From an uncultured Acetobacteraceae bacterium (GTDB lineage Bacteria; Pseudomonadota; Alphaproteobacteria; Acetobacterales; Acetobacteraceae): a DNA stretch of 64,000 bases. Under the pieces are notes generated by a model, which worked only from the letters and a program-made list of their open reading frames with translations, made no database searches and was not told where the DNA came from. Every line of letters starts with the position of its first letter. Position 1 is the first letter of the stretch. Below are positions 1 through 8,306 of the stretch, piece after piece. The stretch is taken from NCBI GenBank assembly GCA_964249405.1, contig CAXUBX010000002.1, positions 2,958 through 66,957 of the forward strand, in the 5' to 3' direction. A program made the translations under genes and the position numbers.

Positions 1-88
1 CACTCTCGGGAACGTGACGTGGATCGGAGGCGGGAAGGCGCCACCTGGTCGGCCGCCGCGCGGTGCAGCGACCCGGTGCCGCCACGGT

Positions 89-3000
89 TCAGGCGCGCGC
101 GAGCATCCGCGCGCGCGCCCGGCGGCCGAACCGCCGGACGATCGTGTAGAAGGCAGGCGTCAGCAGAAGCCCGAACGCGGTCACGCCGAGCATGCCGAAG
201 AACACCGCGGTGCCGAGGGACTGTCGCATCTCGGAGCCTGCGCCCGTCGCGACGGCGAGCGGGGCGACGCCCATGATGAAGGCGAGCGACGTCATCAGGA
301 TCGGGCGCAGCCGCGTCCGCGCGGCGTGGACCGCGGCCCGTTCGGGGCTCGCGCCGCCGTCTTCCGCCTGGCGCGCGAATTCGACGATCAGGATCGCGTT
401 CTTCGCCGCGAGCCCGACCAGAACCACGAACCCGATCTGGGCGAGGATGTCGATCGGCATGTCGCGCGCGAGTAGGCCGGTCACCGAGGCCAGCAGGCAC
501 ATCGGCACGATCAGGATCACCGCGAGCGGCAGTCGCCAGCTTTCATAGAGCGCCGCCAGGACCAGGAAGACGAACAGGGCCGCCGCGCCGAACACGAGCA
601 GGGTCGAGGTGCCCTGCTGCTGCTGCTGAAAGGCGAGATCGGTCCACTCGAAGCCGACGCCGGGGGGCAGGACCTTGTGGGCGAGCTGCTCCATCCGGTC
701 GAGCGCCGTCCCGGTCGCGATGCCGGGCGCCGCGGTGCCCATGATCTCGGCGGCGGGGAACAGGTCGTAGCGCGGGACACGGTAGGGCGCGCTGATCTCG
801 CGAAGGCGGGTGACGGTGCCGATCGGCACCATCTGGCCGGCGCTGTTCCGCGCCTTGAGCCGGGTGATGTCGCCGGGATCGCGCCGGAACGCGCCATCGG
901 CCTGGGCGATGACCTCGTAGGTGCGACCCAGATAGTTGAAGTCGTTGACGTATTGCGATCCGAGATAGACCTGGAGCGTGCTGAAGATGTCGCTCGGCGT
1001 CAGGCCGACCATCTCGGCCTTCTCGCGATCGATGTCGGCGTAGACCGACGGTGTTCTCGTGCTGAACAGGGTGAACACGCCGGCGAAATCCGGATCCCGG
1101 TTGGCGGCGGCGACCAGCGTCTGCGCGGCGCCGGCGAGCGCCTCCGGGCCGAGACCGGCACGGTCCTGCAGCATCATCTTGAAGCCGCCGGCGCTTCCGA
1201 GCCCCTGCACGGGCGGCGGGGGGATCGTCAGCACGAAAGCACCCTGGATCACCGACAGCCGACGCCTGAGATCGGCGAGCACCGATGCCGCGGTGACACC
1301 CTTGACCGAGTGATTGTAGAGCGACGGCAATCCCGCGAAGATCGTGCCGTCGTTCGATGCGACCGTGAAGGTCGTCGCATCGAGGCCCGCGAACGGCACC
1401 ACGTGCTCGACGCCCGGCGTCGCCAGCATGATGTCGCTCGCGCGCTTCACCACCGCCTCGGTCCGCGCGAGTGTCGCGCCCGGCGGCAGCTGCAGCACGG
1501 TGATCAGGTATCCCTGATCCTGTTCCGGGATGAACCCGGTGGGCGCGCGGGAGAACTGCAACGCCGCCGCTGCGATCAGTCCGGCATAGACGATGCCGAC
1601 CAGCGCCAGCATCCGAACCAGCCGCGCGGTGAGCCGGCCATAGCCGTTCGAAAGGCGCTCGAAACCGGCGTTGAACAGGCCGAAGCCGCGCCGCACCAGC
1701 CGGGCGGGGAGGGCGCCGTCGCGTGTCACGTGCGCCTCGTGCGGCTTGAAGAGCATCGCGCAGAGGGCGGGACTCAGCGTCAGCGACACGAAGCAGGAAA
1801 TGATCGTCGAGGCCGAGATCGTCACCGCGAACTGGCGGAAGAACTGTCCGGAGATCCCGGAGATGAAGGCTGCGGGCACGAACACCGCGCAGAGCGTGAG
1901 CGCGATCGCGATCAGCGCGCCGCCGACCTCGTCCATCGTCCGGTGCGCCGCTTCGGTCGGCGACATGCCGGTCCGGAGATTGCGCTCGACGTTCTCGACC
2001 ACGACGATCGCGTCGTCGACCACGATGCCGACCGCGAGCACCAGGCCGAACAGCGACAGGTTGTTGAGCGAGATGCCCACCGCCGCGAGGATCGTGAACG
2101 TTCCGACCAGCGAGACCGGGATCGCGATCACCGGGATCAGCGAAGCCCGCCAGGTCTGCAGGAAGAGGATCACCACGCCGACCACCAGGAGGATCGCGAC
2201 GAAGATCGTCCTGATCACCTCGTTGACGGATTTGGCCACGAAGATCGTCGGATCGTAGACGATCTTGTCGGCGACGCCCGGCGGGAAATCCTTCGACAGC
2301 GTGGCCATCGCCGCGTGCACCTCGTGCTCGACGGCGAGCGAATTGGCGCCGGGCTGCGAGAAGATCAGCAGCGGCAGGCCCGGGCCGCGGTCGAGATAGG
2401 CGGTCGACCCGTAATCGGCGGCCCCGATCTCGGCGCGTCCGATATCGCGGAGGCGGGTCACCCGGCCGGCGCCGTCCGACTTGATGACGATGTTTTCGAA
2501 CTGCTCCGGGGTGGAGAGGCGGCCGAGGGTCTGCACGTTGAGCTGGAACGCGCCGCCCGGCGGGATCGGCGGCTGGTTCAGCACGCCGGCCGAGACCTGG
2601 ACGTTCTGGGCCTGAAGGGCGGCCAGGACCTCGCTCGCATCGAGGTGATAGGCGGCGATCTTGTCTGGATCGAGCCAGATCCGCATCGCGTAGTCGCGCG
2701 ATCCGAACAGCTGCACGTCGCCGACCCCGGGAAGTCGCGCGAGCACGTCCTTCACGTGCAGGGTCGCGTAGTTCGAGAGGTAGAGGTCGTCGCGCGAGTG
2801 GTCGGGCGAGTAGAGATGGACGGCGAGCAGGATGTTCGGGGTCGACTTCCGCACCTGCACGCCGAGCCGCTGCACGTCGTCCGGCAGCCGCGGCAGCGCG
2901 TCCTCGACGCGATTCTGCGTCAGCATCTGCGCGACGTTGAGATCCGTCCCGATCCTGAACGAGACGGTGATCGTGAGCTTGCCGTCGCCGGTCGACTGGC

Positions 3001-3247
3001 TGCTCATGTAGAGCATGTTCTCGACGCCGTTGATCTGCTGCTCCAGCGGCGTCGCGACCGTATTGCTGACGGTTTCGGCCGAGGCGCCCGGATAGGTCGT
3101 CGTGATCTGCACCGTGGGCGGCACGATGTCGGGGTATTGCGCGACCGGAAGGCTCGCCAGGGCGCCGAGGCCGATCAGCGTCACGAAGGCACTGACGACG
3201 GTTGCCAGGATCGGTCGATCGATGAAGACGTGGGTGAGGCGCAGCAT
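89..3247 (-). CDS. RND (HAE1-type) multidrug efflux permease, AcrB/MexB-like
   Basis: 1052-aa ORF. The N-terminus MLRLTHVFIDRPILATVVSAFVTLIGLGA and the overall size and layout are typical of RND pumps. It starts 16 nt downstream of an adaptor-subunit gene. Confidence 0.9.
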   Translation of the reverse strand: MLRLTHVFIDRPILATVVSAFVTLIGLGALASLPVAQYPDIVPPTVQITTTYPGASAETVSNTVATPLEQQINGVENMLYMSSQSTGDGKLTITVSFRIGTDLNVAQMLTQNRVEDALPRLPDDVQRLGVQVRKSTPNILLAVHLYSPDHSRDDLYLSNYATLHVKDVLARLPGVGDVQLFGSRDYAMRIWLDPDKIAAYHLDASEVLAALQAQNVQVSAGVLNQPPIPPGGAFQLNVQTLGRLSTPEQFENIVIKSDGAGRVTRLRDIGRAEIGAADYGSTAYLDRGPGLPLLIFSQPGANSLAVEHEVHAAMATLSKDFPPGVADKIVYDPTIFVAKSVNEVIRTIFVAILLVVGVVILFLQTWRASLIPVIAIPVSLVGTFTILAAVGISLNNLSLFGLVLAVGIVVDDAIVVVENVERNLRTGMSPTEAAHRTMDEVGGALIAIALTLCAVFVPAAFISGISGQFFRQFAVTISASTIISCFVSLTLSPALCAMLFKPHEAHVTRDGALPARLVRRGFGLFNAGFERLSNGYGRLTARLVRMLALVGIVYAGLIAAAALQFSRAPTGFIPEQDQGYLITVLQLPPGATLARTEAVVKRASDIMLATPGVEHVVPFAGLDATTFTVASNDGTIFAGLPSLYNHSVKGVTAASVLADLRRRLSVIQGAFVLTIPPPPVQGLGSAGGFKMMLQDRAGLGPEALAGAAQTLVAAANRDPDFAGVFTLFSTRTPSVYADIDREKAEMVGLTPSDIFSTLQVYLGSQYVNDFNYLGRTYEVIAQADGAFRRDPGDITRLKARNSAGQMVPIGTVTRLREISAPYRVPRYDLFPAAEIMGTAAPGIATGTALDRMEQLAHKVLPPGVGFEWTDLAFQQQQQGTSTLLVFGAAALFVFLVLAALYESWRLPLAVILIVPMCLLASVTGLLARDMPIDILAQIGFVVLVGLAAKNAILIVEFARQAEDGGASPERAAVHAARTRLRPILMTSLAFIMGVAPLAVATGAGSEMRQSLGTAVFFGMLGVTAFGLLLTPAFYTIVRRFGRRARARMLARA

Positions 3248-3263
3248 GGCGGGTTCCCTGGCC

Positions 3264-4493
3264 TCAGCCGGCGTTGGTCGGCGCGCTCGCCACGATCGTG
3301 CCGGGCTGCGGGTTCACCCTGGTGCCCGGAAACGCGTGCATCGCACCGTCGATGATCACCCGGTCCGTGGGCGCAAGACCGCTCCGGACCATCCGCAGCC
3401 CGTCCACGAGAGCGCCGACCGTCACCATTTTCGGCACCACGGTCCCGTTCGGCGCGACGGTGAGCACGAGCGACTGCGACTGGTCGAGCATGACCGCACT
3501 GTCGGGCACGAGGAGGGCGTGCTGGGGCCTGCCGGTCTCCAGCGAGAGGCGGGCGAACTCGCCGGGCACGAGGAAGAGGCCCGGGTTCGGGACGGTGGCA
3601 CGCGCATGGATCGTGCCGCTGCTGCGATCGATCGCGTTGTCGATGAAGTCGAGCGTGCCGTGCCGCGTCGCCGCCGTCTCGTCGGAAAGGCGGAACGGAA
3701 CCGTCTCTCCGAGGTCGCCGTTCCCGTGGGCGCGCGCGAAGGCGAGATAGTCGTTCTCGCTCATGTCGAAGTCGAGATGGATCGGATCGAGCGACACCAG
3801 GGTCGTCAACAGCGTCGTGGCCGAGGTGCCGCCGCGGCTTCCGCTCACCAGGTTGCCGACCGAGACCAGGTGATTGCTGATCCTGCCGGTGAACGGGGCG
3901 GTGACGTGGCAGTATTCGAGATCGAGCTCCGCGTCCCGAACCGTTTGCTGCGCGGTCTCGAGCGCCGCCGCGGCGGCCTGCTGATCGTTCTGCCGCTGGT
4001 CGACGGTCTCGGCGGTTCCGAAATCGGTGTGCTTCAGCTGTTGCGCGCGCCACAATTCGCTGGTCGTGAGCGCGAGCCGCGCCTCGGCGGTCTTCACGCT
4101 GGCCGCCGCTTCCGCGAGCTTGATCTGGTAGGGCCTGGTGTCGATGACGAAGAGCGTGTCGCCCTTGTGGACGATCTGGCCGTCCCGGAAGTCGATCTCC
4201 GACAACGTGCCGCCGACCTGCGCCCGGACCTCGACCCGGTCGACGGCGGAGAACTGGCCGAGGAACTCGGTCCGCGCGGCGACGATCCGCTGGAGGGGCG
4301 GGCTGACGGTCACCGAAGCCGGCGGAGGGGCGACAGGCGGCGCGCCGTGCGGCACCCCGGGACGGAACAGGATGATCGTTCCCGCCACCAGCGCGAGAGC
4401 GAGCGCGATCCCCCCGACCGCGCGGCCACGCGGTCCGGCCCGTCCCGAACGGTTGACCGGCAGCGTCTCGAATCCGATCTCATGATCCGGCAT
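3264..4493 (-). CDS. RND efflux periplasmic adaptor subunit (membrane fusion protein, HlyD family)
   Basis: 409-aa ORF with an N-terminal anchor (GGIALALALVAGTIILF) and a lipoyl-like motif (VRAQVGGTLSEIDFRDGQIVHKGDTLFVID). It sits directly upstream of the RND permease. Confidence 0.85.
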   Translation of the reverse strand: MPDHEIGFETLPVNRSGRAGPRGRAVGGIALALALVAGTIILFRPGVPHGAPPVAPPPASVTVSPPLQRIVAARTEFLGQFSAVDRVEVRAQVGGTLSEIDFRDGQIVHKGDTLFVIDTRPYQIKLAEAAASVKTAEARLALTTSELWRAQQLKHTDFGTAETVDQRQNDQQAAAAALETAQQTVRDAELDLEYCHVTAPFTGRISNHLVSVGNLVSGSRGGTSATTLLTTLVSLDPIHLDFDMSENDYLAFARAHGNGDLGETVPFRLSDETAATRHGTLDFIDNAIDRSSGTIHARATVPNPGLFLVPGEFARLSLETGRPQHALLVPDSAVMLDQSQSLVLTVAPNGTVVPKMVTVGALVDGLRMVRSGLAPTDRVIIDGAMHAFPGTRVNPQPGTIVASAPTNAG

Positions 4494-4537
4494 GGCGCGC
4501 CCTCGAGCGTCTCGCGATCGAACGATATCGACCGTTT

Positions 4538-4553
4538 CATACCTTTCGGTATG
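4538..4553. promoter_or_regulatory. Candidate TetR operator: inverted repeat CATACC-TTTC-GGTATG
   Basis: Perfect 6-bp inverted repeat with a 4-nt spacer, flanked by GATATCGA (about 4523-4530) and TATCGATC (about 4555-4562). It lies in the locally AT-rich spacer between the divergent adaptor and TetR genes. Confidence 0.35.
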
Positions 4554-4597
4554 GTATATCGATCGTGGAAGTCAAGCATCAGGGAGGCACGACGACG

Positions 4598-5179
4598 ATG
4601 GGACGGCCGAAGGAGTTCGATCCTGATGCGGCGCTCGGCGCGGCGCTGGACCTGTTCTGGCGGAAAGGCTTCGACGGCGCGTCGTTGAGCGATCTGACCG
4701 AGGCAATGCGGATCACCCGACCAAGCCTGTATGCCGCATTCGGGAACAAGGAACAATTGTTCCGCAAGGCCCTGGACCAGTACCAGGCCACCTGCATGGC
4801 GTTCGCCGAGCGGGCGCTTCGCGAGCCGACCGCGCGAGGGCTGGCCGAGCGCCTCCTGTACGGGGCGGCGGACGCGCAGACCGACGGCGCGCATCCCGCC
4901 GGATGCCTGGCGACCAACGGGATGGTCGCCTGTTCGGACGCGGCCGAGCCGATCCGTCAGGCGGTTCTCGCGATGCGCGAGGCCAAGCAGTCCGTGTTGC
5001 GGGAACGGCTTGCCCGGGCGAGGGACGAAGGCGACCTGCCGCGAGACGCCGATCCGGATGCGCTCGCGTCCTACCTGTCCGCCGTGGTCCAGGGCATGGC
5101 GGTCATGGCGGCGTCCGGCTCGACCCGCGAAGCGCTGTACCAGGTGGTCCGGACCTCGCTGGCGGCGTGGCCGTCATGA
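4598..5179 (+). CDS. TetR/AcrR family transcriptional regulator
   Basis: The N-terminal HTH region (ALDLFWRKGFDGASLSDLTEAMRITRPSLYAAFGNKEQLF) is classic TetR. ATG 4598 is preceded by GGGAGG. The ORF track starts at GTG 4565. The gene is divergent from the efflux operon. Confidence 0.85.
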   Translation: MGRPKEFDPDAALGAALDLFWRKGFDGASLSDLTEAMRITRPSLYAAFGNKEQLFRKALDQYQATCMAFAERALREPTARGLAERLLYGAADAQTDGAHPAGCLATNGMVACSDAAEPIRQAVLAMREAKQSVLRERLARARDEGDLPRDADPDALASYLSAVVQGMAVMAASGSTREALYQVVRTSLAAWPS

Positions 5180-5341
5180 GCGACGTTGTCCTGCGACCGC
5201 CGATCTCCCTATGCACGTAGGTCGTATAAGAAGTATTATGCCAAGTTGCTGTCGCGCCAGATTATACGGCTTGAGGCTCCGCCTCAAACTCCGCTGGGCG
5301 CGGCGCGCCCCAGACCCGCATTCGATCGACATGGCCGGGGT

Positions 5342-5383
5342 CCAGGCGCCCAGCGCCTGGTGGGGTGCGGGGTGAAACCCCGC
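5342..5383. terminator. Two tandem GC hairpins between the convergent TetR-like and spoVR genes
   Basis: CCAGGCGC-cca-GCGCCTGG (5342-5360) and GCGGGG-tgaaa-CCCCGC (5367-5383). On the plus strand the second is followed by GTCTTGCT. There is no strong U-tract. Confidence 0.35.
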
Positions 5384-5389
5384 GTCTTG

Positions 5390-6952
5390 CTAGACCCGCC
5401 GTCCCGGCGGCGGCATCGCGCCGTGGCGCGCCAGGACGCTGTCATTCGCCTCGTCCACCTCGATCAGCTTGACTTCGTAGCCCCAGAGATCGGCCAGCGC
5501 CCTGAGCGTCGCGTCGGCGTCCTTCTTCTGGAGAAGCTGGCCGGGCCGGGTGCGGTGTTCGACGTGAAGGCAGCGGTCGGCGGTCAGGTCGGCGTCCACG
5601 ATCTGCACGTCCGGCGCGTAACGGCTCGGATCGTGCAGGCGGGACAACGCGCGTCGGATCTCCCGGTAGCCCTCGTCGTCATGGATCGCGTCGACCAGGA
5701 GATAGGTTTTGGCGGCATCGTCGAGCAGCCGGAACATCCGGAATTGCCGCATCACGGCGGGAGAGAGGAACTGCAGGATGAAGCTCTCGTCGCGATATTC
5801 CGACCAGACGTGCTTCAGCGTCGAGACCGGGTCCCTGTTTCCGGCGATGTCCGGAAACCAGTCGCGATCCTCCGCGGTCGGGTCGGTGCACACGCGGGCG
5901 ATGTCCGACATCATCGCGTAGCCGAGCGCGTAGGGGTTGAACCCCGACGAGGCCGGATGATCGAACGGCGGCTGCGTGATCACGTTGCTGGTCGAGTGGA
6001 TGACCTCGAGATACGAGGCATCGTCGATCCGTCCCGTCTCATGCAGCCGGGTCATGATGTGCTGGTGCACCCAGGTGGCGCAGCCTTCGTTCATCACCTT
6101 GACCTGTGGCTGCGGGTAGAAATACTGCGCGATCAGCCGGACGATCCGGATCACTTCCCGCTCCCATCGCTCGAGACGGGGTGCGTGCTTCTCGAGAAAA
6201 TAGAGGAGGTTTTCCTCCGGCAGATTGAGCCGGCGTCTCCGGTCGGCAAGCGGATCGTCACGCCTGCCGGCGCGCGTCGTCGGCACGGTGCGCCAGAGAT
6301 CGTTGAAGCTACGCTCCTCGTGTTCCTGCCGCTCGCGCTCACGCTGATTTTCCGCCTTGAGGTCGAGCGGGCGCGACCCGGCGCTCCTGTGTACCGCCTG
6401 GCCCTGTAGCGCATGCGCGGCGTCGAGAATACGCTCGACCGCCCGCCTGCCATGCTGTTCCTCGCAGCGCCCCACATATCCGCGGGCGAACTCGAGATAG
6501 TCGAGGATCCCCGACGGTTCCGTCCATTGCCGGAAGACGCGATTGTTCTTGAAGAAGTGATTGTGGCCGAAGGCGGCGTGCGCGATCACCAGCGCCTGCA
6601 TCGTCGCCGTGTTCTCCTCCATCAGGTAGGAGATGCACGGGTCCGAATTGATGACGACCTCGTAGGCCAGACCCATCAGACCGCGTCGATAGGCGTTTTC
6701 CTGGGTGACGAAGCGCTTGCCGAACGACCAGTGCTTGTAGGTGAGCGGCAGGCCCGATGTCGTATAGACGTCGAGCATCTGCTCCGAGGTGATCAGCTCG
6801 ATCTGGTTCTCGTAGAGTTCAAGACCGAGCTCGCCGACCCCGATCCGCTCGATCGCGTCGTAGCAATCCTGGATGATCGGGAAGCTCCATTCGGCACCCT
6901 TGTAGAGCAGTCCGGCGTTCCCCTCGCTCCGCTCGCGTGTGATCACGTTCAC
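5390..6952 (-). CDS. spoVR: SpoVR family protein (YcgB-like)
   Basis: The 520-aa core VNVITRERSEGNAGLLYKGAEWSFPIIQDCYDAIERIG...HAAFGHNHFFKNN is SpoVR-like. The GTG start at 6952 overlaps the upstream stop (GTGA at 6949-6952). The 731-aa ORF-track version is an N-terminal over-extension. Confidence 0.85.
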   Translation of the reverse strand: MNVITRERSEGNAGLLYKGAEWSFPIIQDCYDAIERIGVGELGLELYENQIELITSEQMLDVYTTSGLPLTYKHWSFGKRFVTQENAYRRGLMGLAYEVVINSDPCISYLMEENTATMQALVIAHAAFGHNHFFKNNRVFRQWTEPSGILDYLEFARGYVGRCEEQHGRRAVERILDAAHALQGQAVHRSAGSRPLDLKAENQRERERQEHEERSFNDLWRTVPTTRAGRRDDPLADRRRRLNLPEENLLYFLEKHAPRLERWEREVIRIVRLIAQYFYPQPQVKVMNEGCATWVHQHIMTRLHETGRIDDASYLEVIHSTSNVITQPPFDHPASSGFNPYALGYAMMSDIARVCTDPTAEDRDWFPDIAGNRDPVSTLKHVWSEYRDESFILQFLSPAVMRQFRMFRLLDDAAKTYLLVDAIHDDEGYREIRRALSRLHDPSRYAPDVQIVDADLTADRCLHVEHRTRPGQLLQKKDADATLRALADLWGYEVKLIEVDEANDSVLARHGAMPPPGRRV

Positions 6953-8253
6953 GCAACGACCCTCCCGCCTCCGACAGGCGCCTTGTCGCGCCGCGAGAAC
7001 AACTCTCGAAAGACCGGAAAGATGTCGCGCCGATCGCTCACCTGTCGCATCGCAAGATTGCGTGCCGACGCGGCAACCTTCGCATATCCGCGCCAGAGAT
7101 CGCTCTCCCCGCGGATCACCGCGCCAGATCCGCTGATCTCGATGTAGGCGTAGTACTGCACCAGCGACAGGATTTCGGCTTCGAGGATGCCGGATGCACG
7201 CTGCGTGTCGCCGGAGAAATTGTCGCCGTCGGAGGCCTGCGCGACGTAGATGTTCCACTGGTCCGCCGGGTAGCGGGACCGCTGGATGCGCTGGAATTCG
7301 AGCAGGGCCGAAGAGACGATCGTGCCGCCGGTCCGCGGGTCGGTGAAGAAGGTGTTCTCGTCCACCTCTTCCGCCTGCTCCGTATGCCGCACGAACACGA
7401 TGTCGACCCGCTTGTAGCGGCGCTCGAGGAACACGTGGAGCAGCAGGAAAAAGCGCTTGGCGAGATCCTTCATCTGCTCGGTCATCGAGCCCGACACGTC
7501 CATCAGGCAGAACATGACGGCGCGCGCGTTGGGCTTCGGTGTCGGGGCGAACCGGCGGAAGCGGAGATCGACCGGGTCGATCCACGGAACCCGGGCGAGA
7601 CGCCGGTTGAGCATCACGAGTTCCTCTCGCAACCGGGCGACGTCGCCCCCGCTCTCCTCGGCTTCGGTGATCGCCGCTTCCAGCGACCGCCTCTCCTCGG
7701 TCTTCGGACGTCCGAGACCGATCCTTCGCGCCATCGAGTAGCGCATGGTGCGACCGAGATCGAGCTGGGATGGCGACCCGTCGCTGGCGACTCCCGCACG
7801 CTGCAGCGCCGAGGTGTCGCTCGTCGTGATCTCGCGCTTCACCAGGTCCGGGAGCTCGAGGTCCTCGAAGAACAGGTCGAGGAACTCGTCGCGCGTCAGG
7901 ATGAAGCGGAACTCGTCCTGTCCACCGCCGCCGTCGCCGGCCTCGCCCTGTCCATCCCCCTCGCCGGCTCCGCCGCCCTCGGGCCGCTTGATCCGATCAC
8001 CCTTCGAGAACTGCCGGTTTCCGGTCAGCACGATGTTCCGTGCACCCCCGGTGAAGACCGTATGGAAGCTCGGCTCGTGCAACTGGTCCGCCGGGATGCT
8101 CACCGTCTCGTCGCGCCCGACATCGCGGAGCCGTCCCGACGTCACGGCATCCCGCGTCGCCCGCAGCATCGAGTCCCGGGCGCGGAGCAGGACGCGTCTC
8201 CGGTTCTCGATGTTCTTGCCGTGCGGGTTGGTCCGGCGGTCGATGATGAACAC
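6949..8253 (-). CDS. yeaH: YeaH/YhbH family protein (DUF444, vWA-like)
   Basis: VFIIDRRTNPHGKNIENRRRVLLRAR matches the conserved family N-terminus, and MFCLMDVSGSM is vWA/MIDAS-like. I chose the GTG start at 8253. The ORF maximum is 8337, which would overlap prkA. Confidence 0.8.
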   Translation of the reverse strand: MFIIDRRTNPHGKNIENRRRVLLRARDSMLRATRDAVTSGRLRDVGRDETVSIPADQLHEPSFHTVFTGGARNIVLTGNRQFSKGDRIKRPEGGGAGEGDGQGEAGDGGGGQDEFRFILTRDEFLDLFFEDLELPDLVKREITTSDTSALQRAGVASDGSPSQLDLGRTMRYSMARRIGLGRPKTEERRSLEAAITEAEESGGDVARLREELVMLNRRLARVPWIDPVDLRFRRFAPTPKPNARAVMFCLMDVSGSMTEQMKDLAKRFFLLLHVFLERRYKRVDIVFVRHTEQAEEVDENTFFTDPRTGGTIVSSALLEFQRIQRSRYPADQWNIYVAQASDGDNFSGDTQRASGILEAEILSLVQYYAYIEISGSGAVIRGESDLWRGYAKVAASARNLAMRQVSDRRDIFPVFRELFSRRDKAPVGGGRVVA

Positions 8254-8306
8254 GAGGGCGGCGCTCTCCCCAAGGGCTCGTGACGGAACTGAGGCTTGTG
8301 AAAGGG

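Noticed and set aside
677-3355. Very long ORFs antisense to or out of frame with recognised genes. Examples: 677-3355(+), 8280-10268(+), 18070-19800(-), 22200-23741(-), 23996-25789(-), 29194-32268(+), 36116-38395(-), 39893-43030(-), 42750-45467(+), 50960-52975(+), 55332-57455(+) and 57735-59390(+).
   Set aside because: Each one mirrors a gene with clear family motifs on the other strand or in another frame. Their translations are Arg/Pro/Gly/Ala-rich low-complexity strings with no recognisable motif. Stop-free alternative frames are the expected by-product of about 70% GC with very high GC3.
5390-7585. Long N-terminal extensions of real genes in the ORF track. Examples: 5390-7585, 11431-14187, 12216-14393, 13775-15424, 25907-27655, 27716-30154, 44966-46390, 45694-46872, 54918-56348, 56765-57721 and 57573-59564.
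   Set aside because: The extensions overlap the preceding gene in another frame and are low-complexity. In each case an internal ATG, GTG or TTG sits exactly at a 4-nt overlap with, or just after, the upstream stop and reproduces the family-typical N-terminus.
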